NCBI GenBank assembly: GCA_964016885.1
Contig: OZ024755.1
Span: forward strand, 29,512,001 to 29,576,000
Origin: Eledone cirrhosa
Lineage: Eukaryota
DNA length: 64,000 nucleotides
Reading direction: 5' to 3'
Shown: positions 46,829 to 62,267 of the stretch, one piece after another
Layout of the letters: every line of letters starts with the position of its first letter
How positions within the stretch are numbered: position 1 is the stretch's first letter
The notes under the pieces: model-generated
What the model was told of the DNA's origin: nothing
Databases searched by the model: none
The model's input: only the letters and a program-made list of their open reading frames with translations
Position numbers and translations under genes: made by a program

Positions 46829-47583
46829 GTGTGTGTGTGTTTTAGTTAAGTATTTCAATATATATATTTTTTTTTTTTAATTTATTTTTGATTTATTTTT
46901 GTTTTTTGTTTTTCTTGTGTGTGAGTGAGAAGCGTATATATATAAATATGAGTATATATATATATATATATGTATATTCTGGTTATTTGAAATTAATTAA
47001 GTTAATGAAAAGACGAAAGTATATAATAATAATTTGTAGTTAAAGGAAAATGTACTCACAAGTTCGTGTGTGTGTGTTTTAGTTAAGTATTTCAATATAT
47101 ATATATTTTTTTTTAATTTGTTTTTTTTTTTTTTATTTTTAAATTTATTTTTGATTTATTTTTGTTTTTTGTTTTTCTTGTGTGTGAGTGAGAAGCGTAT
47201 ATATATAAATATGAGTATATATATATATATGTATATTCTGGTTATTTGAAATTAATTAAGTTAATGAAAAGACGAAAGTATATAATAATAATTTGTAGTT
47301 AAAGGAAAATGTACTCACAAGTTCGTGTGTGTGTGTTTTAGTTAAGTATTTCAATATATATATATTTTTTTTTAATTTTTTTTTTTTTTTTTATTTTTAA
47401 ATTTATTTTTGATTTATTTTTGTTTTTTGTTTTTCTTGTGTGTGAGTGAGAAGCGTATATATATAAATATGAGTATATATATATATATGTATATTCTGGT
47501 TATTTGAAATTAATTAAGTTAATGAAAAGACGAAAGTATATAATAATAATTTGTAGTTAAAGGAAAATGTACTCACAAGTTCG
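46829..47583 (-). repeat. Three tandem ~236-259-bp monomers in the LINE 5' region
   Basis: Units ~46829-47065, 47066-47324 and 47325-47583, each ending AAGGAAAATGTACTCACAAGTTCG on +. Confidence 0.93.
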
Positions 47584-47600
47584 AAAACACGTGGTTTCAA

Positions 47601-49480
<1,880 letters not shown>

Positions 49481-49890
49481 GGTGGCTGCCAACTCGTTTT
49501 CGAGTCGGCCACTACTTTATATCCATGTAGGAGAACCCCTACCGATTCGCTGAACGAGTGACTTTTTAGTCCAGCCAGCGACTTGAAAACTCTGGTACAA
49601 ACACTACACCTGTGACAATTATTGACACATAGTGCTGGGCCCATGGTACCATGTGACGACAAGTGCAGAGAGATCTCCAGATATAAAGCAATGCCTGTGC
49701 CGTGAAGCTTTTATAGTGAGCAAAGGCACTGCACAAAGCCAGTCCCACTCTCTTAACCAAGATGATATTTACCAAAAAGAAGAACAAGTCAACATCATTG
49801 GATACCATCAGGGTTGCAGGTATTATATCAGAGTTTTCCTTCTCCTAGAATTCTGCCTTGACAAAGGCTAAGGGGTCATCTCTCCCGGTA
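49481..49890 (-). pseudogene. RTE-type LINE 3' fragment with terminal C2H2-like finger
   Basis: WRSLC... followed by [17 protein letters not shown] and a short 3' UTR running into (TA)n. Confidence 0.6.
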
Positions 49891-49954
49891 TGTATGTGTA
49901 TATATATATATATATATATACACATACATACATATATATATACATATATATGCA

Positions 49955-50006
<52 letters not shown>

Positions 50007-50018
50007 CATATATATGCA

Positions 50019-50070
<52 letters not shown>

Positions 50071-50121
50071 CATATATATGCATATATATATATATATATA
50101 CATGCATATATATATATATAT

Positions 50122-50204
<83 letters not shown>

Positions 50205-50422
50205 TATATACATATATATATATATATACATATACACATATATATATACATATATATATATATATATTGTTATACTTTGGGAGGGTCATGTTGCCAATAA
50301 GAAACACACGCACCAGTTGCTTTCACTTCAATTTAATTTAATATATATTTATAAATTTACAAATTTATAAATTTCTGGTTGGTTGGTTGGTTCCACAACC
50401 AGATAGTTGTTTATATATATAT

Positions 50423-50467
50423 AGTCATAGTTCTTTCGTCACACACTCTGTGACCTCTTCAGTGACT
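50423..50467 (-). ncRNA. Mirror copy of the PLE hammerhead ribozyme
   Basis: Reverse complement of 52678-52722. Confidence 0.8.
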
Positions 50468-50771
50468 GGGGATTTCTTTCTTCGTTTCTGTGCCTTTCCT
50501 TTCTTCTATCCTACGCCATTTTGTTTGTGTGTGGGTTGCGTGCTCAGTTTGCGCATGCGCCACATCCGGGTGTCTGTGTGTGTTTGTGTTCATTTTTCTA
50601 TTTTTATATTTTTATATTTATATTTGTTTGTTTATTTATTTATTTATTGTTGGTTGGTTGTTTGTTCTATGTGTGTGTGTGTTTTCATTTTGTCTTGTGT
50701 GTGTTTTCATTTTGTGTGTGTTTTCAATTGTAAGTTGTTTATATATGTGTGTGTGTGTTTTCATTTTGTCC

Positions 50772-51566
50772 TTAATTGTAAGTTGTGATGTTGCTGTTCC
50801 ACTCATATTTTCTATTTAATTTTGGTTTTAATTCTTTTATGCTTACTGCCTCTGTAATTTGCCTAAACATTGCGTCTTTCTTGTGTGTGGATTCTATTTT
50901 TATTTCTATGCTCTCTAATTTACCCCTGTGTTCTATCTTAGCATGTTGGTAGAGCACAGATGATTCTTTACTATCTTGGAGGTCTCGCCAGTGTTCATTT
51001 ATTCGTTCCCCTATACTACGAGCTGTCTCACCTATGTACACTATATTTTTGTTTCTACATTGTCCCTCAGTACATCTTATGCTATATACTACATTTCTAG
51101 TTTTACAGTTAATATGGGGGCTTATTTTACAGGTTATACATTTCTTATCTATACATGAGGGTCTTTGGAACGGGTATGTCTTGCTAATAAGTGTTTTTAC
51201 GGAGGTACCAGGTCTTTCTACTATCTTAATATTGAGATTATGTTTCTTTAGGGCCCTTCTAAATTTGTAGGCTAGTTCACCTCTAGGGGTTGTATTGATG
51301 AACATTACACTCTGGTATTTATTGCTATCATACCATGAGTTTATTCTATTGGCCTTGTTCTTAGTTCTTTCTATTCTATTCCAAAATTTGCTCCTATACA
51401 AGGGGCAGGTCCCATTTATGTCATTATTTACCATTTTTTCCCATTTGGTTCTGGCTCCTTTATACACTCTGATTCTATCTCTCTGATTGTAGCCAGAGAA
51501 CTGCATACGGTGGATGAAGTGTTGTATGTGTCTCTCTAGTTCTTCGGGGTTGCACATGCGGGACAC
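50772..51566 (-). CDS. Inverted copy of the truncated PLE GIY-YIG ORF
   Basis: Translation identical to that of the + arm. Confidence 0.88.
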   Translation of the reverse strand: MSRMCNPEELERHIQHFIHRMQFSGYNQRDRIRVYKGARTKWEKMVNNDINGTCPLYRSKFWNRIERTKNKANRINSWYDSNKYQSVMFINTTPRGELAYKFRRALKKHNLNIKIVERPGTSVKTLISKTYPFQRPSCIDKKCITCKISPHINCKTRNVVYSIRCTEGQCRNKNIVYIGETARSIGERINEHWRDLQDSKESSVLYQHAKIEHRGKLESIEIKIESTHKKDAMFRQITEAVSIKELKPKLNRKYEWNSNITTYN

Positions 51567-52373
51567 ATGATGAGAAATGTGTCCCGCATGTGCAACCCCG
51601 AAGAACTAGAGAGACACATACAACACTTCATCCACCGTATGCAGTTCTCTGGCTACAATCAGAGAGATAGAATCAGAGTGTATAAAGGAGCCAGAACCAA
51701 ATGGGAAAAAATGGTAAATAATGACATAAATGGGACCTGCCCCTTGTATAGGAGCAAATTTTGGAATAGAATAGAAAGAACTAAGAACAAGGCCAATAGA
51801 ATAAACTCATGGTATGATAGCAATAAATACCAGAGTGTAATGTTCATCAATACAACCCCTAGAGGTGAACTAGCCTACAAATTTAGAAGGGCCCTAAAGA
51901 AACATAATCTCAATATTAAGATAGTAGAAAGACCTGGTACCTCCGTAAAAACACTTATTAGCAAGACATACCCGTTCCAAAGACCCTCATGTATAGATAA
52001 GAAATGTATAACCTGTAAAATAAGCCCCCATATTAACTGTAAAACTAGAAATGTAGTATATAGCATAAGATGTACTGAGGGACAATGTAGAAACAAAAAT
52101 ATAGTGTACATAGGTGAGACAGCTCGTAGTATAGGGGAACGAATAAATGAACACTGGCGAGACCTCCAAGATAGTAAAGAATCATCTGTGCTCTACCAAC
52201 ATGCTAAGATAGAACACAGGGGTAAATTAGAGAGCATAGAAATAAAAATAGAATCCACACACAAGAAAGACGCAATGTTTAGGCAAATTACAGAGGCAGT
52301 AAGCATAAAAGAATTAAAACCAAAATTAAATAGAAAATATGAGTGGAACAGCAACATCACAACTTACAATTAA
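51567..52373 (+). CDS. 5'-truncated PLE ORF: RT thumb region + Cys linker + GIY-YIG endonuclease (Neptune/Naiad-like)
   Basis: RMQFSGY, CIDKKCITC, CKTRNVVYSIRC, YIGETARSIGERINEH, SVLYQH, RQITEAVSI, LNRKYEW. Confidence 0.9.
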   Translation: MMRNVSRMCNPEELERHIQHFIHRMQFSGYNQRDRIRVYKGARTKWEKMVNNDINGTCPLYRSKFWNRIERTKNKANRINSWYDSNKYQSVMFINTTPRGELAYKFRRALKKHNLNIKIVERPGTSVKTLISKTYPFQRPSCIDKKCITCKISPHINCKTRNVVYSIRCTEGQCRNKNIVYIGETARSIGERINEHWRDLQDSKESSVLYQHAKIEHRGKLESIEIKIESTHKKDAMFRQITEAVSIKELKPKLNRKYEWNSNITTYN

Positions 52374-52677
52374 GGACAAAATGAAAACACACACACACAT
52401 ATATAAACAACTTACAATTGAAAACACACACAAAATGAAAACACACACAAGACAAAATGAAAACACACACACACATAGAACAAACAACCAACCAACAATA
52501 AATAAATAAATAAACAAACAAATATAAATATAAAAATATAAAAATAGAAAAATGAACACAAACACACACAGACACCCGGATGTGGCGCATGCGCAAACTG
52601 AGCACGCAACCCACACACAAACAAAATGGCGTAGGATAGAAGAAAGGAAAGGCACAGAAACGAAGAAAGAAATCCCC

Positions 52678-52722
52678 AGTCACTGAAGAGGTCACAGAGT
52701 GTGTGACGAAAGAACTATGACT
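52678..52722 (+). ncRNA. Minimal type I hammerhead ribozyme in PLE pseudo-LTR
   Basis: AGTCA CTGAAGA G GTCACA-GAGTG-TGTGAC GAAA GAAC TA TGACT; helix I AGTCA/TGACT. Confidence 0.8.
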
Positions 52723-52937
52723 ATATATATATAAACAACTATCTGGTTGTGGAACCAACCAACCAACCAGAAATTTATAAATTTGTAAATTTATAAATAT
52801 ATATTAAATTAAATTGAAGTGAAAGCAACTGGTGCGTGTGTTTCTTATTGGCAACATGACCCTCCCAAAGTATAACAATATCGGTTTCAACACACGATTT
52901 CAGATAAAGAATCTTGCTAAACAAATTCAGAAACGAA

Positions 52938-53775
<838 letters not shown>

Positions 53776-54154
53776 TACACGGGGGGATGTATGTGTGAGT
53801 GTGTATATATATGTGTGTGCATGTCTATGACTAGAAAAAATAATTTATACAGTGCAGGCTATATATAGACACTAACAACTGCAATTGTTTTCAGTATAAT
53901 AACATTAAATTAGAAGGATTTCCCCTTCCTTCGATACTGTAATAATATATGTACTTTAATAGAATTTACTGCTGTACAATTGTCACTAGTTCACCAAGCT
54001 ACTTTTCATCTGGGTAGTCGAAGTAGATATTTGATGACAGATTGCCCGAAACAACGGTTTTCCTTATATTCATACATTCATTTCAATGTAGAGTTTTCTT
54101 AAGCAAACAACATGCGTTATCCAGTATTGATGAAAACATGCCAGTTATATTAAA

Positions 54155-54255
54155 GACCAAGCCCATCTAGTGAGCGAGAGAAATATTCTTCTAATTACGC
54201 GCTATAGAATTAGTTATATTACAGCTTGGTTATTTTTTGTTGCATACAGTCTTAA
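54155..54255 (+). repeat. Dispersed repeat; inverted copies at ~32520-32615 and ~38870-38965
   Basis: CTATAGAATTAGTTATATTACAGCTTGGTTATTTTTTG is shared. Confidence 0.8.
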
Positions 54256-54360
54256 TACAGAGGCGATGCTGGGACGGAACTCTTCTTTCTCTAGTTTTCG
54301 TGTACCCCCTGTTCTTAACTTTGTATTTCTTATTATTACTATATATATATATATACATAG

Positions 54361-54550
54361 GGCGGTGGATTGGCAGTATCGGTAGAGGGTCGGACGCCAT
54401 GCTTTTCAGCATAGTTACGTCCCTTTACGATCTGAGTTCAAATCCCGCCGAGGTTGACTTTGCCTTTCATCCTTACGGGGTCGATAAAATAAAGTACCAG
54501 TAATGCACTGAGTATTGCTGGCCTTGTGCCTAAAGTAGAAACAATTACTA
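54361..54550 (+). mobile_element. SINE family 1, full-length tRNA-derived SINE
   Basis: A-box TGGCAGTATCGG (54371), B-box GAGTTCAAATCC (54434), 3' end GCTGGCCTTGTGCCTAAAGTAGAAAC + ATT. Confidence 0.92.
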
Positions 54551-54560
54551 TATATATATA

Positions 54561-55420
54561 GTAATAATAATAAATTTGAAGAGTAAAATCCAAAGAGGGC
54601 TCGATAAGGGTAAATACATAAATCAAATATATAAGAACCGTAGAGCAAATATTTATTAAAATAACAGATTAAAGTTTAAGTAAAAAATCGCTGCTTTCAC
54701 CCTTAACGGGATCTTCTGAAACTAACAAAGTCAATCTGTGAACGCAAAAGGGAATATTTCAAAAAACGTTGCAACCGGAGGAAGACAGGAAGACGATACT
54801 TTGGTTCGTGGAAACGTTCCCTGGCAAAGAACGGAAAAAAAACGAATATAATACGTCATTATTGGAGCGGTTTTCGTATGCATGTGTATGTACGTATATG
54901 GATACATGTATGCATTTATTTAATTTCAGTTGCCTCAGTATTTTATTTACTTTATTCTTAACTCTGAAGCCGAGAATCATTCGGTTTCCTAGTTAGAATT
55001 TTAGTCTACGACTTCAGTTATACCATTTACGTGGTTTTGTCTCTGCGTTAAATTGTGCTCCACGATCCACATATGACGTATTATCTTCGTTTTTTCCGTT
55101 CATTGCCAGAGAACGTCTCTATAAACCACCTAATAGAATATTAGTCTACGACTTCTTTTATACCGTAAACGTGGTTTTGTTTTTGCGTGTAATTGTTTTT
55201 CACCGCTCCAAATAATATTGTATTATATTCGTTTCTTTTTCCCGTTCTTTGCCAGGGAACGTTTCCACGAACCAAAGTATCGTCTTCCTGTCTTCCTCCG
55301 GTTGCAACGTTTTTTGAAATATTCACTTCTGCGTTCACAGATTGACTTTGTTAGTTTCAGAAGATCCCATTAAGGGTGAAAGCAGCGAATCTTTGCTTAA
55401 TCTGTTATTTTAATAAATAA
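54561..55420 (-). mobile_element. Fold-back element, family D, ~220-bp inverted arms
   Basis: 54648-54872 is the reverse complement of 55202-55420; left arm extends ~90 nt further; internal direct duplication at ~54995-55130 / 55135-55265. Confidence 0.8.
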
Positions 55421-55476
<56 letters not shown>

Positions 55477-55699
55477 TTACGCAGATTAGCAATACGGTAG
55501 GATTTTATTCTATCATTTACATATGTTTCATTGACGTATATGAGTAATCGCTATTCTCAATAATCTATAAACAACAATCGAATTCAAATACAGAAGATCT
55601 TTTACACCGTGCACTACAAATTATCAAATCAGAGTTATGACTATTAGCAATTCGGATATACACGAGAGGCATATGGATATAAAATGGAATAAATCATCA

Positions 55700-55885
55700 T
55701 TTTCTTCTTCTCCTTCTTCCTGAGAAGGTCATGGGGCAGAGTCCTCAAACACTCCCTCCAGCTGGTCCCCTTAAAAACCGGCTGGATCGCCAAGTGAAAC
55801 CAGCCAAGTTCGTGGATGTAATCCAGCCATCTTGCTCGGGTTCTACTCCTAGCTCTCATGTCGGTTGGTTTTACCCGTACAAAAC
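55700..55885 (-). pseudogene. RTE-clade C-terminal fragment
   Basis: KPTDMRARSRTRARWLDYIHELGW.HLAI...WRECLRTLP. Confidence 0.6.
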
Positions 55886-57127
55886 AGCGATTCTTTCCTA
55901 AGACGCGTGCTGTTCGATTCCAAGCAGATGTGTGAGGCTTTCCAGGGGTACCTTTCAGTTGTGGGCAACGGGGACTTGGGGATGGTAGCGGAATGCAGCC
56001 ACTACCTAGGCAGCCTATCATGACTTACACGGGCGACAAAAAGTTGATAACCGCAACCGAGATATTAGAAGCCTAGCTCAGCTGTACGAGTCGTATATAT
56101 AGTAATTATTTATGCTAGAACATGCGCTGTTTTCTAATATTTAAAGTAAATCCAATCTAGATAAAACTACTTTAACCAATTGATCTTAATCAGAAGGCTT
56201 CAAATGTTACAATATAACCATGTAAGTATTGACTTTATATCAATTGGCGAATAAATCCTACTATGCTTTGTATTCATATTTCTGAATAGTAAGGTACTAA
56301 GTTAATTATAACATATATGTATGTGTGTGTGTGAGTGCGTGTGTGTGTGAGTGCGTGTGTGTGTCTGTGCATGCTTGTCTGAATGCATGTATGTACGTCT
56401 GTGTGTGTCTTTGTATGTATTTATATATTTATATACTTATCCCACACACTTCAGCCCGTTTGTTTGAAGAAAATCAATCGGAAATTGTTAACCAATTTCG
56501 TTTGAAGGCGATCAGTGTTATGTTAGTGTAGGAAGGATGTCTAATACATTTCCTATTATAACTAACTTCCGAGAAGAGCTGTTAAAACGAATATGTGTAA
56601 AAGTTTTCCTGAATAATTGTATGAATAGAAGTATGGAGATCAGTAAATGTATCTTGTGGACAATTATGTTTATAGCGTGATAAGTGGTTTGGATTTAGCG
56701 GTGTCATTTATATTTTGATCGATGTGTGTTCAACGCAAACTGCTTCGATATGATTAGTTGACGGTTAATGGATGTAAATACGTGTTTTATGCTATGTGTT
56801 GTTATGCTATGAGAATGTAGGAAACGGAAGTTGGTCCTTTTCTTTTAGTTTAATTATTTCCGGCATTTCTGGTGGTTGAATATTGATGTGTCAATTAAGA
56901 GTACCTGCATATAGATCCGACTGGAATGAAGGAATATAGAGAGAATCAGATAGATAGAAGGAAATAATTTTCTATATAGATAATAAACACAACCACAGGG
57001 ATATGGTCGGAACATATCTCTGTATGGTGAGCAAATGGGCTCCGATGTGCTGGCCTCCCCGCAGCCCCGGTGGACAGAATGGAGAAGGCGTTTCCTCGTA
57101 GTATAGAACAATACTAGTGCTTTAAAC

Positions 57128-57268
57128 GCTCCTTTATGATCTGAGTTCAAATCCCGCCGAGGTTAACTTTGCCTTTCGTCCTTACGGGGGTCGATAAAAT
57201 AAAGTACCAGTAATGTACTGGGTAATTGCTGGCCTTTTTGCCAAAATTAGAAACAATTATTATTATTA
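57128..57268 (+). mobile_element. SINE family 1, 5'-truncated
   Basis: B-box GAGTTCAAATCC through the (ATT)n tail. Confidence 0.88.
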
Positions 57269-57283
57269 GTGTGTGTGTGTGTG

Positions 57284-57331
<48 letters not shown>

Positions 57332-57507
57332 CAAACTGTTATAGAAACACGTGTCAATAAATTCCTTTCAACTAAACTCTATCCATTCAAATCTTTCTAT
57401 TTTTCTCCGGATTACTTTTGGAACTACAACTGGAACCGTCGAGCAAACTCTACGTGAGCTGTCAATCTACTGTGTGTGATATTTATATTACAACACAACG
57501 GAAAATA

Positions 57508-57559
<52 letters not shown>

Positions 57560-57571
57560 TCACACATATAT

Positions 57572-57602
<31 letters not shown>

Positions 57603-57663
57603 CATACATATATACATATACATACATATATACATATACATATATATGTATGTATATATATAC

Positions 57664-57727
<64 letters not shown>

Positions 57728-57829
57728 GTGTGAGTGTGTATATATATATATGCCGAAGACCCCAAGCCTAGGTTTGGATGAAACAATTGTAAGTGAATAA
57801 ATGCGTTGAACATAGCTTTGATTCTTGTG

Positions 57830-57878
<49 letters not shown>

Positions 57879-59439
57879 CATATTTCTAAGATGTCGGTCG
57901 ATAGTCGGTAGTTTACTTTACAAGATTTCTGGTGTAAGTCTTATTAAGTTTATTATCAGACGAAGGGAAGTTTACTTATTTGGGAAAATGTAACAAACTT
58001 ACTCAACACTCCGTGCAGATATCTGTTTTATTGGTGCTTGCTTCATAGAAGCCATTAAATCTTGTCATCTGGGAGTGTGATAAAATACGAAATTACCATT
58101 AATTTCACATAATATCAGGTCTGCTACAAATATTGGTAGTGGTAGTTGTGTTGATGGAGTCGTCTGCTAATATCGAAAGTTTGTGCTTTTGATGGTAAAT
58201 GTACTGCAGTTCATTTAAAGTTTGATTGATAGATTAATAGACAGACAGATAGAGTGACATAGTTATAGATAGATATATGGTTCGATAGACAATTTTTCAA
58301 GAAAGTACATTTTGAATCAACCTTCTGTAAATATTGTTTCGTTGAAAGATAAACAGAATCACTTCTTTTTCGCGTGCATCTCAAACTACGCATAATTACC
58401 GTGGATTTTCACGAATAACAATCTATATACGAAGTTATATAAAATGTTTGGAGTTCAGGCAATAAAGCATGAAGCGAATATATTACGATGGACATTTCTT
58501 TTTGGTTTTCTTTTACCTTCCATCATAATATAATAAAGGGAGGAATCCGGGACTGTATACCCTTTTATCCCGTTAGTAAAATAAGTCAGATTACTTTGAA
58601 GAAATAATGAATGAATATTACATAATGTATCTACTAAATTTCGTAGCTGTTGATTAAACATAAATATTCTTATATATAATGATTGCTTATTTTAAGATTC
58701 ACTTCTTTTAAAATTTTCAAATGTCTACACTTCAGGTTAGCGTTCGTTATATCATAACTCTTATTACATCCCTTATATAAACATCCATATATTTGCATCG
58801 TTATATAAGGTTTCATTACATTTCACCGTAATGCAGTTTATATATAATATTGACATGAATTACTTCACTGATTACAGAAGAGAGTGTAACACAGTGTCTC
58901 TTCAATTGCTATGCATATTGTCAATTACGATTTGATTTGACATGTCATATCTACATGCATGTATATGTGCATATAATATAAATATACACACTACACATGG
59001 TAGCAGAAATCCACCCGAAGGGTGGTTTTTCTGCTAGTTTTCTTAAATCTCGAAATTCCATATACGGATTACTTTTCAGAAACCTCTGAATACAGTTATC
59101 ATCTCGAATATAAAAATAAAATATCAAATTGGTTCCCATTGATATTTTTGACTATTGTGGTGTTTATCGCTCTATCTATCTATCTATCTATCTATCAATG
59201 TATGTATGTTCTTCTGGTTTCGTAATTTCACAATTTTTTGCCAATAGAGAGACAGCCGGTTTCTAACATCGATACAAGAATCTTTCATTGGAATTTACAC
59301 AACATCAATTAGGTAGATATGTATGCCTGTCTGCATGCATGTATGTGTGTGCAGGTATGGAAGTTATTGTATGTTTGGATGTGGATGGTGTCAGTTGTAT
59401 GTGTGCATGTGTATACGCTTTGTATCTGTACATGTGTAT

Positions 59440-59662
59440 TGCAGTTATTAGATGCAGAATTTTTGGAATGTTTCACATATTTTTACTGTTCCATTAATGG
59501 ATTGTACTTGTAATTTCCTAACTAGTGTTCTTTCTGTTCCTGTGAAGCCCAGCTTCTCAATATTTGTATTGAGGCACTTACTAACATATCCCAGTGCCCC
59601 AACAATCACAGACGTAAATCTGAAGGTATAATCAGGGTGGAGTATCTGCAGATTTCTCATTA
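59440..59662 (-). pseudogene. RLE-type (R2/R4/NeSL group) retrotransposon C-terminal fragment
   Basis: VIVGALGYV...KLG...RKLQVQSINGTVKICETF parallels PIVIGALG...LQKACLLGTARTLR in the Dong ORF. Confidence 0.7.
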
Positions 59663-60225
59663 GTTCTGCATAAATATTCTCCTTGTGTATGTATGTATGT
59701 AAACCAGTACAAACTGCAGCATGGTCGGATCGTCGGCGACTAAACCGACAACGCCACCAAGTTTACTTGGTGGCGGGTGATTTTGGACACTCTGCAGGAC
59801 AAAAACAAAACCTGACAAAGGGCGGAAGAACTCATAAGAGTCAACGGCATTCCAAATATGTGTAAATATGTATATACTCATGTACATATGTATGTATATG
59901 TATATATGTGTGCGCATGTGTATGTATATGCGCGGGGACATAGAAATAGTGGGACTGGATACCCGATCGCGCGGTTAAACCACTGGGAGTGAAGGACCCT
60001 TAGGCCTTGTCAGGGCATGCTTCTAAGAGAAGACAACTCAGGAAACTGGGATAACTCCGACATAAAACCTGCGGCTCAGTAGTTACCAATGATGTTGGTC
60101 TTTTCTTCTTTTCGGGTTATAGCTATTGTCGCACAGGCATTGTACGATAGTATTAATTAATAATTATTATTAATGTTATATCGTTCAATGGCCATACTCA
60201 ATAACGAGGGACCAGCGGTTATGTA

Positions 60226-60264
<39 letters not shown>

Positions 60265-60265
60265 T

Positions 60266-60300
<35 letters not shown>

Positions 60301-60499
60301 ATTGTATGCATGCATGCATGTATGTATGAATGCATAAAATTGCATGCATGCATGTATGTGTGTAAAAAGTAATAGCACCAAAATAATAAAACAAACGGCG
60401 GAGTACATGAGAAAATTGCTATGTAGATATCCACTTTGATTTTTTATATTTGGTTGGGTACTTCTGTTCCTCATGACAGGATTATGCGATCCCTGTTTT

Positions 60500-60720
60500 C
60501 TTTGTTCACGAGAAAGGCGTGAAAGTCGGTGTGGAAACTATGCGAAATAGGTCGGCTTGAGGCAGGGGGTAAAGCTTTTGCAAAACTTTTCCTTAATAGG
60601 CTTACCATGTGGATTTGTACTCGAGTGATTCCTGACAAAGAATCTAACTTTATGTCGAGCAGGTTTTCAATGAACATGATCTCGGCACGACAGTTGCAGC
60701 AGAAATATTTAGACCATAGC
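60500..60720 (+). pseudogene. Decayed RTE RT fragment
   Basis: GKAFAKLFLNRL...VIPDKESNF...MNMISARQLQQKY, resembling GKILARVLLNRL..LPESQCGF..DMIFAARQLQEKC. Confidence 0.65.
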
Positions 60721-60942
60721 GTGGCTTCTTTTCTCCGCCGCCCCCTAATAACTTCCTATAGTTGACGCACTGGATTAAGATATATTGTCTTTAATGCGTA
60801 GAAATGTCGGTGATCTTCAGCAGACAACTGATGATGGGAATGCCCCCCCCCCCCCCCGTTTGAGCGTTCCTTTTATTTCTAAATACACTTTATTCAGTAA
60901 CCACACTGCTCCCTGTTTCTTCTAGAATTTATAAATAAATAA

Positions 60943-61006
<64 letters not shown>

Positions 61007-61563
61007 AAATGGGGAGAAAAATACTGCTGGTAGCACATGGATAACATGTAATAAAATAAGTCCCTCATCAATGATTTGCCGACGATCATAGATATTTCAT
61101 TGCATTAAAAATATTAATATAAATTCGATTTCTTTGCCGAAAGATTTTCGTCTTTGTCATCAATGACACTTTGCATTTAACTCTTGATACCCAGGATCTA
61201 CTCTAATTCCAGGGTCAGAGAAAATGGACGGTAATATTTGGTCACAACCATTTCGATTCCAAGTTCTCACCGAAGTCGAATTTTGCCATTTGTTGTTTTT
61301 CTAAGTTCAGTGAAATAATTGCCAATTGTCAGGCATGTATTGAATTCAGTATGACTGTTTAATACACCCCAAACTTTATGTCATTCTTACTTTACTTTGC
61401 TGGCTTCGTACATTGATGTTCTAACAGAAAAACATTGATTTCTAGTGTTTCAATATATAATAATATTAATAGCCTTCCAAATATCAGCCTGTCTCTCTTT
61501 CAGTCAATCCTCTCTCTCTTTCATTAACATTTTATTTCTGTCTCTATGTAATACAGTCATCCA

Positions 61564-61652
<89 letters not shown>

Positions 61653-61673
61653 GATACGTGTGTGTATGCATAT

Positions 61674-61772
<99 letters not shown>

Positions 61773-61782
61773 TACAGCCGAT

Positions 61783-61870
<88 letters not shown>

Positions 61871-61934
61871 GTGTGTGTATACATACACACATATTTCAGC
61901 CTGTCGGTCCCTCCCCCTCTATCTCTCTTTATCT

Positions 61935-61969
<35 letters not shown>

Positions 61970-62051
61970 GATGTTTGTATTACAGTGGAAGAAATAGAAG
62001 GATAATGAAAGAGAGAGAGAGAATTGGGGAGAGACTGAAAGACTGAGAAGG

Positions 62052-62103
<52 letters not shown>

Positions 62104-62218
62104 GGGGGGGGGGGTATACATACATACATATATATATATATATACATATACATACACACACATATATATATATACACATACATACACACACATACATATA
62201 TATATACTACACACACAC

Positions 62219-62267
<49 letters not shown>

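Larger units (their letters stand above)
50264..52938. mobile_element. Penelope-like element with inverted (fold-back) structure
   Basis: Arms 50264-51568 and 51577-52881 are reverse complements; 8-nt spacer GATGAGAA; right arm extends a further ~57 nt; (TA)n arrays on both sides. Confidence 0.92.

Noticed and set aside
52374-52680. SECIS element or selenoprotein coding, as reported for some Naiad PLEs
   Set aside because: No in-frame TGA in the visible ORF and no convincing SECIS stem in the CA-rich 3' region
54361-54450. tRNA gene
   Set aside because: A and B boxes belong to a multi-copy SINE head; no complete cloverleaf
58003-58068. Minus-strand exon-like segment (CCCAG...GTAAGT); similar signals near 61150-61300 and 62603-62678
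   Set aside because: Stops in all frames for two of them, no recognisable homology and no coherent gene model; needs RNA-seq
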